Part shown: in pieces, positions 35,051 through 44,528 of the stretch | Layout of the letters: every line of letters starts with the position of its first letter | Position numbering within the stretch: position 1 is the first letter of the stretch | Origin: a virus | Lineage: Duplodnaviria > Caudoviricetes | IMG/VR virus record: IMGVR_UViG_3300047160_017115 | Coordinates: 1 to 64,000 of that record | DNA: 64,000 nucleotides | Reading direction: 5' to 3' (one strand) | Made by a program: the position numbers and the translations under genes | Notes under the pieces: generated by a model | The model's input: only the letters and a program-made list of their open reading frames with translations | Databases searched by the model: none | Told to the model about the DNA's origin: nothing

Positions 35051-35949
35051 GCACAACGACCGCGGCACCATCCATGGCCCTGCAGACGATCCCGTTCTAC
35101 GGTGACGAGATCGTCGGCGGGGTCGTCGGGGGGGAGGTCTTCGTCCCCCTCAAGCGTCTCTGCGAGAACCTGGGAGTGACCTACTCCCGCAACCTAAGTC
35201 GTCTGAGGTCTTCCGGTTGGGCAGTTGTGCGGGATTTGCGCACAACTGGGAAGGACGGTAAGACCTACTCCCTGTCCTGCATCGACACCGCCACACTCAC
35301 CATGTGGCTGGCCCACATCAACTACAACGACTCGCGCTACTCGGACATCCGCGAGAAGCTCCTGCGCTACCAGAAGGAGGCCTGCGTCGTCCTCAAGGCG
35401 CACTTCCTCAAGGCCCTCGACCGCCCTGAGGACAGCCGTGCCCTCGCCGCCCAGGTGAACTCCCTGGTCGAGCTGGTCGAGGCCCAACAGGCCATGCTCG
35501 TGGCCAACGAGATAAGGTCGACGGCGCAGATCGAGAAACTCACTGAAGCCGTCCAGCACGTTGTCACCAAGGCGGTCAGTTTCGAGAAAGACATCAAGAC
35601 CATGCGGCAGGCGGCCAAGGCCGCCCGCCGGTACATGGAATCGGCCCCGGGGTTCTCCGACAACACGTCGGACGCCGTGGCACGTCAGAACATCACGAAC
35701 TGGATCGAGGCCTGGATCTCGCTGCACCACGGTGACGACGACCCGGCGTTCCACGCCGCGGCATGGGGTCGGTTCTATCGCACATGTGGCAAGCGGTTCG
35801 GGATCGAATTCGAAACGCGTGAGAAGAACGCGAAGAAGGCCGGGCGTCGCTTTCACCCGATGGACGTCCTCGACGAGAAACGCCACACGGCATACGCCTT
35901 CATCATCGCGAGGGAGATCTTCCCTCTGGAGGCAAAGGGGGCGAAGTGA
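35047..35949 (+). CDS. phage antirepressor-like protein (P22_AR N-terminal domain)
   Basis: IPFYGDEI...EVFVPLKRLCENLGV...DGKTY...WL...KLLRYQKEACVVLKAHF. Confidence 0.8.
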   Translation: MSTTTAAPSMALQTIPFYGDEIVGGVVGGEVFVPLKRLCENLGVTYSRNLSRLRSSGWAVVRDLRTTGKDGKTYSLSCIDTATLTMWLAHINYNDSRYSDIREKLLRYQKEACVVLKAHFLKALDRPEDSRALAAQVNSLVELVEAQQAMLVANEIRSTAQIEKLTEAVQHVVTKAVSFEKDIKTMRQAAKAARRYMESAPGFSDNTSDAVARQNITNWIEAWISLHHGDDDPAFHAAAWGRFYRTCGKRFGIEFETREKNAKKAGRRFHPMDVLDEKRHTAYAFIIAREIFPLEAKGAK

Positions 35950-36536
35950 CCTACTACGTCAATGGTAGGGCCGTGAAGCCGCGGAAGGTGGACATCCACG
36001 ACCCGTGGCCTGAGGAGCTCTGGCCGTACCCCGAGGGGTCGGCCGTTTACTACATCGCGACCGGATGCGCGGTCGGTAACCCGCGAATCGGGAACGGTCG
36101 CGTGCACTGGTACAACCCAGCGCTCGTGGGTGATTTCGTCCTGTCAGCGGGTCACCCCATCCTTAACGTGCACGCCCCGAAGCCGTATCTCGGCCACGAG
36201 ATCGTGAGCTTGGTGCACGTAGCCCCCTACAACCGCACGGGCAAGCACCTCATCGAGGCCCGTCTCGAGGCCTACAGGGCCGAGTGTCCTGATTTCAGTT
36301 CGCCGTGCTTCGAGCCCGCGTATCAGCTCGGCCGCGGGGTACCGATCTCGTCGCTCGACGACTACGACATCCGCAAGATCCTACGGACCCGTGGCTTCGA
36401 CATCACGGGCTCCCTGACGCGCAACCGGTTCGTGGCCTGGATGGCGCTCGAGTCCGGGGGAGAGGTCGCCGCCTACCTCACCAAATCGGGCCGCCTCACC
36501 ACCGCCCTCGGCCGGCGCCCGTGCCTCTGCCCTTGA
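35946..36536 (+). CDS. hypothetical protein
   Basis: 196 aa, GTGA overlap with previous gene. Confidence 0.65.
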   Translation: MTYYVNGRAVKPRKVDIHDPWPEELWPYPEGSAVYYIATGCAVGNPRIGNGRVHWYNPALVGDFVLSAGHPILNVHAPKPYLGHEIVSLVHVAPYNRTGKHLIEARLEAYRAECPDFSSPCFEPAYQLGRGVPISSLDDYDIRKILRTRGFDITGSLTRNRFVAWMALESGGEVAAYLTKSGRLTTALGRRPCLCP

Positions 36537-36599
36537 CACTGGGCTGGCGTGGGTTTGCGTCGCACCGTTACATAGAGCCTCCCATGGAAGGGGGGCCTC

Positions 36600-36776
36600 A
36601 TGACGACAAACCCGTCAACCCCGGGCGTGGTCAGGTGTCTGCGTTGTCAGCGTGACTTCGCGAGCCCTGACCGCGTCCGGATCCGAATCTGCAAGGAGTG
36701 CAAGCAGGGCCCAAAGGCCTACGGCTTGCGTGACGTTTCGATGCGCCAACTACGCGGAGCAATCCGTGGGGGATGA
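36600..36776 (+). CDS. small zinc-ribbon protein (58 aa, below ORF-track cutoff)
   Basis: MTTNPSTPGVVRCLRCQRDFASPDRVRIRICKECK; GGAAGGGGG RBS. Confidence 0.65.
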   Translation: MTTNPSTPGVVRCLRCQRDFASPDRVRIRICKECKQGPKAYGLRDVSMRQLRGAIRGG

Positions 36777-36779
36777 ACC

Positions 36780-37571
36780 GTGAACTTCGCCTTGGACCCG
36801 CAACTCCTGAACACGGCCACCAAGTACCCCTCGATCCCCACTTACCACAAGATGCTGGATCGAGGCCTTCTCGGCTCGGAGCGCGTCGCCTTCCCGGCCT
36901 CGGAGGAGGTCCTGGTCTACGAGAAGATCGACGGTTGTAACGGGCGGCTGACTGTCCTTCCCAACGGCGACTGGTTGCTAGGCTCCCGGGAGGAGTGGTT
37001 GACGTGTGACGGCGACCGCCTCGCGAACCCGGCATTGGGTATGGCCGAGGCTCTGAGCCCGTTCGTGAAGAAGTTGGCCTACGGGCTGTTCTCCTTCGTC
37101 CCGGAAGACACGGTCTATACCGCGTATTTTGAGCTGTACGGCGGTCGTGAAACCGGTAGCTGGCGCCACTACGCGACGGAGCCGACGCCTTCAATACGCT
37201 TCTTCGACGTCTCGTCGGTGTCGTGCGCCCAGATCACTGGGGATCGGGAGGCGCTGTCCCGTTGGCGCGATCAGGGGGGACAGACCTTCCTGAAGGTCGA
37301 AGACGCGGCGATGATCGCCATCTCGCTCGGGGTCGGTATCGCCCCTTTTCTGGGGCCCGTCGTGGGCCAACTTCCGACCACCCACGCGGAAACTCTTGCT
37401 TTCCTCGTGCAGGTGGCTCCCCACACGCGCTGTTCGCTCGATGACACTTCGCGCGGAAAGGCTGAGGGCGTGATCCTCCGGACACGTTCGCGTAGCGTCA
37501 TCGCCAAGTTGCGCTTCGAGGACTACGAGCGCACACTTCGTCGTGTCGCCAAGGAGAAGCCCGTTGCCTAG
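36780..37571 (+). CDS. RNA ligase-like nucleotidyltransferase (Rnl2-like)
   Basis: motif I YEKIDGCN, ELYG, FFDV, AEGVILR, IAKLR. Confidence 0.82.
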   Translation: MNFALDPQLLNTATKYPSIPTYHKMLDRGLLGSERVAFPASEEVLVYEKIDGCNGRLTVLPNGDWLLGSREEWLTCDGDRLANPALGMAEALSPFVKKLAYGLFSFVPEDTVYTAYFELYGGRETGSWRHYATEPTPSIRFFDVSSVSCAQITGDREALSRWRDQGGQTFLKVEDAAMIAISLGVGIAPFLGPVVGQLPTTHAETLAFLVQVAPHTRCSLDDTSRGKAEGVILRTRSRSVIAKLRFEDYERTLRRVAKEKPVA

Positions 37572-38682
37572 TCCCGTTGCCGTCCTCGTCAGTGACGCCC
37601 ACCTCCAGGACCGAGCCTGGGCCCACCGTCAGATCGAGGGGGACGCCTACTACTCGTTCGGGCAGGTCGTCGACTACGCGATCAACAATCATCTGGACAT
37701 CATCGGGGCCGGCGACCTCATCGACCGCAGGGTGAACTCCTCCGGCCCCATCCACGCGATGCTCGCCGGCCTTCAGAAGCTCTGGAACAACAGCCGGCGG
37801 TTCTACCACATCCAGGGCCAGCACGAGGCTGACCCCTCGCCCTGGTTCAACCTGTCCCACGCTTCCATCCACGTCCATAAGCAGTCGTTCCAGGTAGGCC
37901 ACATCCGGGTCTACGGTTTGGACTTCACGCCCGCGGACTCCCTGAAGGCTGAACTCGACGCGATCCCCCCGGGCACGGACCTCCTGGTGTGCCACCAGGT
38001 CTGGGATGAGTTCATGGGGGTGCACTGCGGGGCGCAGGCGTCCTTCGCCGACGTCCCCGTCGTCTCCACCGTGCTGACGGGAGACCTTCACGAGAACAGG
38101 ACGCTCAGCGCACGCGGCAAGGATGGACAGCGGCTCACCATTCACTCCCTGGGCTCGACCTGCATGCAGGACATCGCCGAGCCCCCCTCCAAGTTCTTCG
38201 GCGTCCTACGTGACGACCTGTCCGTCCGGCGTGTACGGCTACAGACTCGGCCGTTTATCGCCGCCGGCTTACTCCTGACGGAGGCCGACGTCGAGGCGTT
38301 CCTGGGTCGTACTGAGGCCGAGTTGTCGCGTCTGGCGACGGCAGACACGTCCCTGCCGCCTGAGATTGCCAGGCCCCTTGTCAGGGTGGGGTACTCTCAT
38401 AAGCTCGGGGACCTGTCGCGTCGGGTGCACAAGGTCTTCGGCGAGCGCGCCCACCTGTTTTTGAAGGAAGTCCCCCCTGAGCGCCCGAAAACGGTTTTGA
38501 GACCCGAGGGGGCTGAGGAGGCCGTCCGCACAGGGGCCATGACCCTGGAGGCGGCGCTCCCTTCGGTCCTGTCCGAGGATGACGAGCCTGAACTGTACGC
38601 CCTCGCGCTGCGGGTGCTCGGGGCGCCCGACAAGGCCGCTGAGGTAAACGCCTGGGTCCGGGAGGCCCTCTCTGATGCCTAA
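37564..38682 (+). CDS. Mre11/SbcD-family metallophosphoesterase nuclease
   Basis: VSDAHL, AGDLID, QGQHE, CHQ, TGDLH, SLGS motifs. Confidence 0.88.
   Translation: MPSPVAVLVSDAHLQDRAWAHRQIEGDAYYSFGQVVDYAINNHLDIIGAGDLIDRRVNSSGPIHAMLAGLQKLWNNSRRFYHIQGQHEADPSPWFNLSHASIHVHKQSFQVGHIRVYGLDFTPADSLKAELDAIPPGTDLLVCHQVWDEFMGVHCGAQASFADVPVVSTVLTGDLHENRTLSARGKDGQRLTIHSLGSTCMQDIAEPPSKFFGVLRDDLSVRRVRLQTRPFIAAGLLLTEADVEAFLGRTEAELSRLATADTSLPPEIARPLVRVGYSHKLGDLSRRVHKVFGERAHLFLKEVPPERPKTVLRPEGAEEAVRTGAMTLEAALPSVLSEDDEPELYALALRVLGAPDKAAEVNAWVREALSDA
38487..38499 (+). promoter_or_regulatory. 13-bp motif RAAAACGGTTTYG
   Basis: GAAAACGGTTTTG inside CDS. Confidence 0.6.
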
Positions 38683-39337
38683 CCTGTACAAGGTCGTTGA
38701 CCTTGGTACGAAGCGGGCCGGTGCGCTGGACGAGTTCCTGCGGGCCGGCTCGATGTACTTCGGGGACGAGGTCGCGTCGATCAAGCCAGGCGATTGTCTG
38801 GGGTACGACTACAACGGGAAGTACGACCGCGAGGTACGCGCCAAGGGATACAGGTTCCAGGGCCAGGACCTCACGGACCGTCAGGTCCTCGACGCGCTCC
38901 CCGCTGCGGACTACTACCTCGCCTGGGACTTCCTCGAGCACCTCCCGTCCGTCGAGCACTCCGACAGGATCCTGGAGGTCATGCTCCAGCGCGCCCGTGT
39001 CGGGGTCTGGCTACGGATGCCGAGCTTCGAGCAGGACATGGAGACGGGGGAGGGGAGGCTCCGCGCGCACGGCCTCAGGTTTGCCTGGACCGACTGGCAC
39101 GGGCACAAGAGCCACTACACCCTCGCGATGGCGCGCGACGTCATCACGGCCTCGGGGTTTGGCGCCCTCAAGGTCAAGGGCAACCGTCTGATCGAGACGA
39201 CGGGCGACCGTTGTGTCGTGCCGGTCTCGGCGCCGACCGACACCGTCGAGTATTCCGCGGCCCTCGGGGCGCGGCCGAAGGTGGCTTTCAGCCCCCCGCT
39301 TGTGGGTCAGTGGGAGGTTATCGTCAGCCGGAAGTGA
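38675..39337 (+). CDS. class I SAM-dependent methyltransferase-like protein
   Basis: VVDLGTKRAG, LGYD, AWDFLEHLP and H...YT motifs. Confidence 0.65.
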   Translation: MPNLYKVVDLGTKRAGALDEFLRAGSMYFGDEVASIKPGDCLGYDYNGKYDREVRAKGYRFQGQDLTDRQVLDALPAADYYLAWDFLEHLPSVEHSDRILEVMLQRARVGVWLRMPSFEQDMETGEGRLRAHGLRFAWTDWHGHKSHYTLAMARDVITASGFGALKVKGNRLIETTGDRCVVPVSAPTDTVEYSAALGARPKVAFSPPLVGQWEVIVSRK

Positions 39338-39393
39338 CCACGTAGCCAGAGCTACACGCGGCGAGCGCTAAGCAACCTTGGAGATGAGAGACC

Positions 39394-40029
39394 ATGATCG
39401 TCTACAAGCTGACTGATGAGAGGGTGATGACCTTCGGCCGTTGTCAGTGGGACCTCAATGTGAAGAAGACCACGGACGGCCGTGGTGAGCTCTGCGGCGC
39501 GGGTTGGCTCCACGCCTACCCCGACCCCTTGACGGCCGTGTTCATGAACCGGATCCATGCGAACTTTGGGCACCCTCGTCTGTTCGAGGCCGAGGCCGGC
39601 GGACTCCTCAAGTACGACAAGAAGATGAAACTCGGGGCGACGGAGTTGACCCTGCTCCGTGAGCTCGAGCTGCCTGTCATAACCCCTGTCGTACGGGTGC
39701 GCGTCGCGCTCAAGGCGGTGCTCGAGTCGGTGGGAGACGTTGAGCTACCTGTCTGGAAGTGGTGGGCTCAACACTGGCTCTCGGGCGCCGCCCGTCACGA
39801 GGTGCCGTTGGACGTTGCTCATATCAGCTCGCTCTCCTTCGCGTTGTCGCTCGACCAAATGGCTGCGGCAAACGACGCGGTGTATGCTGCGTGGGAATTG
39901 GCGCATTTTGACGCGAACGGTTCCAGCTTATACACGGCGCATGCGGCGTATGGGCTAGACGCCGACCTCCCGCGGTTGATCCCCGCCGCCGTCGCGGCCG
40001 AGGCGGCTCTCAACGTACAGAAGTCTTGA
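39394..40029 (+). CDS. DUF7666-like domain protein, paralog 4 of 7
   Basis: MIVYKLTD...LCGAGWLHAYPDPL. Confidence 0.8.
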   Translation: MIVYKLTDERVMTFGRCQWDLNVKKTTDGRGELCGAGWLHAYPDPLTAVFMNRIHANFGHPRLFEAEAGGLLKYDKKMKLGATELTLLRELELPVITPVVRVRVALKAVLESVGDVELPVWKWWAQHWLSGAARHEVPLDVAHISSLSFALSLDQMAAANDAVYAAWELAHFDANGSSLYTAHAAYGLDADLPRLIPAAVAAEAALNVQKS

Positions 40030-40057
40030 GGCAAAGACACCTGGAAGGGGCTCCGAA

Positions 40058-40675
40058 GTGCTCGTCTACAAGTTCACCGACCAGAACATGCGGACCTACG
40101 ACGGCTTCGCGTGGAGTCTTGGTAGGGCCCGCAAGGCGTCCGGTAACGTTAAGTATCTCTGCACAGATTCCTGGCTCCATGCGTATCCGGATAAGCTGAC
40201 GGCCTCGTTCATGTGGGCGGCGCACGTGCACGACGATTATACCCGGTTCTTCGAAGCCGAGGCCGGCGGTGAGATACTCCGCGATAAACAAGGCCTCAAA
40301 CTGGGCTGTACCAGGTTGACCCTTATTCGTGAGCTCAATCTCCCCGCGATTAGCCTGAACGTGCGCCGTCGTGTGGCGATCAGGTACGCCAAAGCAACGA
40401 CAGGGCTAGGTAAGGGCGCGTCGTGGTTCGACTGGGCTGAGAAGTGGCTGGCGGGCGAGCGTCCTGTCTTCACACCTTACGTGGCCTCATGCAGTCTGGC
40501 CGAGGACTACGCCTGGCAATCCGTGAGTAAAAGGTCTCCTTACTTCTCCAAGGAGGCGGCGGCGCTGGCGGTGAATGCGGCGACCAGTTTGTCGAAATGT
40601 TCGGCCTCGCTGCCTGAGAGGATTCGCGAGGCCGTCAAGGAGGAGGCCGAGTTGAGGCGTGCCGGTAGGGCCTAG
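40058..40675 (+). CDS. DUF7666-like domain protein, paralog 5 of 7
   Basis: VLVYKFTD...LCTDSWLHAYPDKL. Confidence 0.8.
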   Translation: MLVYKFTDQNMRTYDGFAWSLGRARKASGNVKYLCTDSWLHAYPDKLTASFMWAAHVHDDYTRFFEAEAGGEILRDKQGLKLGCTRLTLIRELNLPAISLNVRRRVAIRYAKATTGLGKGASWFDWAEKWLAGERPVFTPYVASCSLAEDYAWQSVSKRSPYFSKEAAALAVNAATSLSKCSASLPERIREAVKEEAELRRAGRA

Positions 40676-40727
40676 ACGGCCGACGAGTAACCACAATCAC
40701 TTTACAACTTTGGAAGGGGGCTCGATC

Positions 40728-41369
40728 GTGCTCGTCTACAAGTTCACGGACGTCAAGATGCGGACCCGAGGGGGCTTCCAGTGGAAGCTCGGCAAGGCGC
40801 GGAGGGCACCCGGGAAGTCGGAGTGGCTCTGCAATGAGGCCTGGCTCCATGCGTATCCGGATAAGCTGACGGCCTCGTTCATGTGGCCGGCACACGTGAG
40901 CGATTTGTACGTTAGGTTCTTTGAGGCCGAGGCCGATGGTGAGATTCTTCAGGACACTGACGGGAACAAGCTTGGTTGTACGCGGCTGACCCTTCTGCGT
41001 GAGCTCAAGCCTCCTGCGATCAGTCTGGACGTGCGCCGTCGTTTGGCGATCAAGTGCGCCAAAACCTCAACGTCCTCCTTCTTGAGTTGGAACTCCAATT
41101 GGCAACGTTGGGCTGACGGTTGGCTGGCGGGCGAGCGCTCAATAGAGACGGCGTTGAATTATCAGCAGCCTCCCTATATGGGGGCCACGTACCACGCCTC
41201 GGAAGCGGTGATACGAAGGTCGCCGTACGCCTGCAAGGCAGCCGCGGCTTTGGCGGTGGACAGGAGTTACGCTTCTGACTCGTTCGAACTGTCTGAGATG
41301 ATTCGCGAGGCCGTCAAGGAGGAGACCAATCTGAGGCGTGCCGGCCTCATCAGGACGGGCGCCAAGTGA
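40728..41369 (+). CDS. DUF7666-like domain protein, paralog 6 of 7
   Basis: VLVYKFTD...LCNEAWLHAYPDKL; shares TGGAAGGGGGCTC RBS and the tail ATTCGCGAGGCCGTCAAGGAGGAG with paralog 5. Confidence 0.8.
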   Translation: MLVYKFTDVKMRTRGGFQWKLGKARRAPGKSEWLCNEAWLHAYPDKLTASFMWPAHVSDLYVRFFEAEADGEILQDTDGNKLGCTRLTLLRELKPPAISLDVRRRLAIKCAKTSTSSFLSWNSNWQRWADGWLAGERSIETALNYQQPPYMGATYHASEAVIRRSPYACKAAAALAVDRSYASDSFELSEMIREAVKEETNLRRAGLIRTGAK

Positions 41370-41377
41370 CCGTGTCG

Positions 41378-41415
41378 TCATGCCAAGCCTTCCCGGGGGC
41401 TTTGTACCCGGAGAC
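41378..41415 (+). repeat. dispersed hairpin repeat, copy 10 (5-nt expanded 5' end)
   Basis: TCATGCCAAGCCTTCCCGGGGGCTTTGTACCCGGAGAC. Confidence 0.9.
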
Positions 41416-41463
41416 AAAGCGCACGATGGCGTCTAAACACGCTCACCCCTTGCGTCATAAAAC

Positions 41464-43623
41464 TTGCGAGGATTTTCGTTGCACCTGATCCGTACCGTCC
41501 TCAAAAACGTCGGCCCGCACGCCCATACTGTGGTCGACTGGAAGCGTGGCCTGGTCGGCGTCTACGGGCGCAACGGTAGCGGCAAGAGCACTCTCCTGGA
41601 CGCGACCTTCGCCTGCCTGACCAATGACTGGTCGCGCTTCGACGGCGTGCGGCTCGACAGCATCTACTCGTTGGCCGGTGAGGACGAGGAGAGCTACGTC
41701 GAGGTGGAGGCCGAGCACGACGGCGTGCCGTTCAAGGTTGTGCGTGGCCTCCGCCCCGTGCGCCATGAGCTTCACGTCCCCGACCGCAAGAAGCCGTACA
41801 CGTCTGCCGGGGATATCTCCAAACAGCTCGGGGAGCGCCTCGGCATCGACCCCAAGCTGATCGGCACCTACGTCTTCGTGCCCCAGCGCGGGATGTACGC
41901 CTTCCTGGACCAGACGCCGTCCGTCCGCGCCGCCGCCTTTCAGCACTTGTGCCGGACGACGGCGGCCGCAGACGCCTGCGAGGCCATCAACAACAAACTG
42001 AAGGAGCTGGAGAAGGTCGTCGTGACCTCCGACTCCTCTGACGAGCTTGTGGCCACGATCGCCCGGTCCCGGGGTCAGCGCGACGAGCTCAGGGTGGAAT
42101 ACGACGAGCTGCTGCCCCTCGTCCTGACCGATGAGGAGCTCGCCGAGGGCCAAGGCATCCTGACCAAGGCCGAGCGCTTCAAGCTCGTGGAATCGCAACT
42201 GGCCCCGGCCCTCGAGCGCCTCGAGCTGGCCGAGGCCGAACTCGTGCGGGCGCAGGCGCTCGCCAGGGAGCGCTTGGAGACGGCGACCTCTACGGCGTCG
42301 TTAGTGGAACTCAAGGGAAAGGTCGTCACATCGTACCAGGCCGCCCTCTCGGCCCTGGTGAGCCGAGAGAAGGTGGAGGCACGGGTTGAGGTCAGGCGGC
42401 AGGCCCTCGCTCTTGTCGAGACCGATGTGCGTGAGAAGCCGGCAGAGCCGGCGATGCGCGTTGACCTCGACACAGCCCGTGACGAGCTCGCCCGGCTGCG
42501 ACAACAGCTGGCGGACGCCAGGAAGACCGTGAAGCTCTTCGAGACTGACGGCGTCATCGAGTGCCCCACCTGCGGGACTCCTGTGACGAGCCTTCAGGAA
42601 CACATTACACTGGCCCGCGGCGTCATCCTGAGTACCGGCGGCGAGATCCCTAAGCTGGAATCCTCGATCATCGCGGAAGAGGACTACCTATCGCAGTCGC
42701 GGGCGTACCACACGTGGGCGTCTCGCCACCACGTCAAACTCGACGCGGCCCGTCGCGAGCTCACCCTTGCGCTGGGTGACCTCGACGCCCTGGGGCCTCG
42801 TGTCACGGTCCCCGACGACGCTGTAGGGCTCGCCGCGGAGTACGAGGTGCTGCTACTCCGCCAGGAAAGCGAGACGAAGCTGGCCCACAAGGCCGACCGT
42901 CTCGCGGCGGCCGCCGAGTCCACCCTGTCCGCCGCTCGTCAGGAGGTCGATCGCCTGTCGGCGTCTCTCGAGGAAAACCGGGTGAGCCCCAAGCGGGCCG
43001 AGCGGGCGCGCCAGGTCCTGGCCGACCACGAGCGGGCGTGGACACGGGCGGCGGTCATAGACTCCCGTCTGACGACGCTCGCGCACAGTATCCGGCGGGA
43101 CGAGGAGGCACTGGAACGCCAGCGCACCGTCGCGGCCCGTGACAAGAAGCGGAAGAAGGCGATCGCCACGCTCTCGCGTCTCCGCGACGAGGTCATGCAC
43201 CACACCAGGCTCCCCCAGGTCGTCGCCTCGGCGAACCTGGCGGCCATGGTCGACGACATCAACGAGGCCCTGGCCCAGTTCTCCTCGCCCTTCTGGGTGG
43301 AGGCCGACGAGGGTCTGGGCTTCCTGGTCCACTTCCCTGGCGAGCCGCCGCGCCGGGCCGAACGACTGTCGCCGGGACTGAAGGGGGTGTTCGCGCTCGC
43401 CTTCCGGCGGGCCGTGGCGTCCCTGTTCGGGGCCGACGTCGGTATGATGGCCCTGGACGAGCCCACTGACGGCCTCGACGCCGAGAACCTCGGCCACATG
43501 CGTGACGCCCTCAAGACGATGGCCGACGAGGTCCGTGGCCGCCGCCAGATTATCGTTGTCACCCACGCGGAAACGCTCCTGCCGTCCTTTGATCAGGTGG
43601 TGAGGGTAGAAACCGCGCGATGA
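41464..43623 (+). CDS. Rad50/SbcC-family SMC-like ATPase
   Basis: Walker A GRNGSGKST, Q-loop FVPQ, coiled coil with CPTC zinc hook, signature LSPGL, Walker B ALDEPT, H-loop VVTH. Confidence 0.93.
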   Translation: MRGFSLHLIRTVLKNVGPHAHTVVDWKRGLVGVYGRNGSGKSTLLDATFACLTNDWSRFDGVRLDSIYSLAGEDEESYVEVEAEHDGVPFKVVRGLRPVRHELHVPDRKKPYTSAGDISKQLGERLGIDPKLIGTYVFVPQRGMYAFLDQTPSVRAAAFQHLCRTTAAADACEAINNKLKELEKVVVTSDSSDELVATIARSRGQRDELRVEYDELLPLVLTDEELAEGQGILTKAERFKLVESQLAPALERLELAEAELVRAQALARERLETATSTASLVELKGKVVTSYQAALSALVSREKVEARVEVRRQALALVETDVREKPAEPAMRVDLDTARDELARLRQQLADARKTVKLFETDGVIECPTCGTPVTSLQEHITLARGVILSTGGEIPKLESSIIAEEDYLSQSRAYHTWASRHHVKLDAARRELTLALGDLDALGPRVTVPDDAVGLAAEYEVLLLRQESETKLAHKADRLAAAAESTLSAARQEVDRLSASLEENRVSPKRAERARQVLADHERAWTRAAVIDSRLTTLAHSIRRDEEALERQRTVAARDKKRKKAIATLSRLRDEVMHHTRLPQVVASANLAAMVDDINEALAQFSSPFWVEADEGLGFLVHFPGEPPRRAERLSPGLKGVFALAFRRAVASLFGADVGMMALDEPTDGLDAENLGHMRDALKTMADEVRGRRQIIVVTHAETLLPSFDQVVRVETAR

Positions 43624-44510
43624 TTGCCGCCAGGTCGATACCCGTGTCCCTGCAACTCGACCCTCAGGGTCTGGTCTGGTGGGGCGACGCTCGCGACGCC
43701 GCAGAATCGACCTGCATGGGCGCCGAGGAGTTCGCCGCTTCCGGACTACCCATGGAGGCCGGGGCCGTGCGTCTCTTGGGGACCGTGGCCAACGCCCCCC
43801 TGATCGAGGCCCTGGGCCGTCATCACCCGGACCTCCGCGTTTACCTCGGCTCGCCGCTCAAGGCCCCCCTGGACGGCCGCCACGACCCTGAGTGCGTACT
43901 CTCCCGACTCAGGAACGATACGGGCGGCTGGCACCGTCTGAACGAGGCGGCCTGGCAGGCGTACCGGGTCACGGCCCGGGTCGCCGCGTGCGGCGTCGAC
44001 GCCGAGGCCGTCGAGCTCTTCAAGGCCCACCCCGCTTACGCCGCCGCCTCGTTCGTGCCGGGTCACGATGTGGTGGCGGCGTGCCGGTTGGCGGCGGCGG
44101 TAGTTGACCCTCGCTGGTTCACGGACCCGCGGCGCCCGGACCGGGTGTCACGGGTCGCGACGTTCCTGGGGGTCAACCCGTCGAACGCCCAGGCGCGCTA
44201 CGAGGGCACCGGCGGCGGCCGACATGCCGCACGCTTCTCCGATGTCCTGGGGGCGTGGTACGACCGTCCTGGCCTCCCCGTGAAACCGACGGGCCCTTCG
44301 GCCTTCCTCTGGAGGGTCCACGCGGCCGCCGGGGGCGGGCCCAAGGGCCTCCTGAAGGCCTCCCGCTGTTACCTCAGGTTCCTCGTCTCGGTCTGGTCCG
44401 ATCGGACCCATGGTCGCGGCGAGGGCCTCTTCGACGCCGACCTGTTTTTCTCCCGGGACGTCGGTGCCGCCGACGCGTATCGCCAGCACCTGTCTTCCCT
44501 GACGTCCTGA
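43620..44510 (+). CDS. Nop-domain / IS110 C-terminal-like RNA-binding protein
   Basis: HPAY...FVPG...AACRLAAAVVDPRWF...VSRVATFLGVNP and C-terminal KASRCYLRFLVSVW resemble IS110 Transposase_20/Nop pattern; N-terminal RuvC acids not clearly seen. Confidence 0.55.
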   Translation: MIAARSIPVSLQLDPQGLVWWGDARDAAESTCMGAEEFAASGLPMEAGAVRLLGTVANAPLIEALGRHHPDLRVYLGSPLKAPLDGRHDPECVLSRLRNDTGGWHRLNEAAWQAYRVTARVAACGVDAEAVELFKAHPAYAAASFVPGHDVVAACRLAAAVVDPRWFTDPRRPDRVSRVATFLGVNPSNAQARYEGTGGGRHAARFSDVLGAWYDRPGLPVKPTGPSAFLWRVHAAAGGGPKGLLKASRCYLRFLVSVWSDRTHGRGEGLFDADLFFSRDVGAADAYRQHLSSLTS

Positions 44511-44528
44511 CCACGCGGTACGGATACG

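Noticed and set aside
36533-36575. sigma70 promoter at TTGACA 36533
   Set aside because: No -10 hexamer at 16-18 bp spacing
43620-44510. Active IS110 insertion sequence
   Set aside because: No clear DEDD RuvC motif, no non-coding ends, and the gene is translationally coupled within the operon
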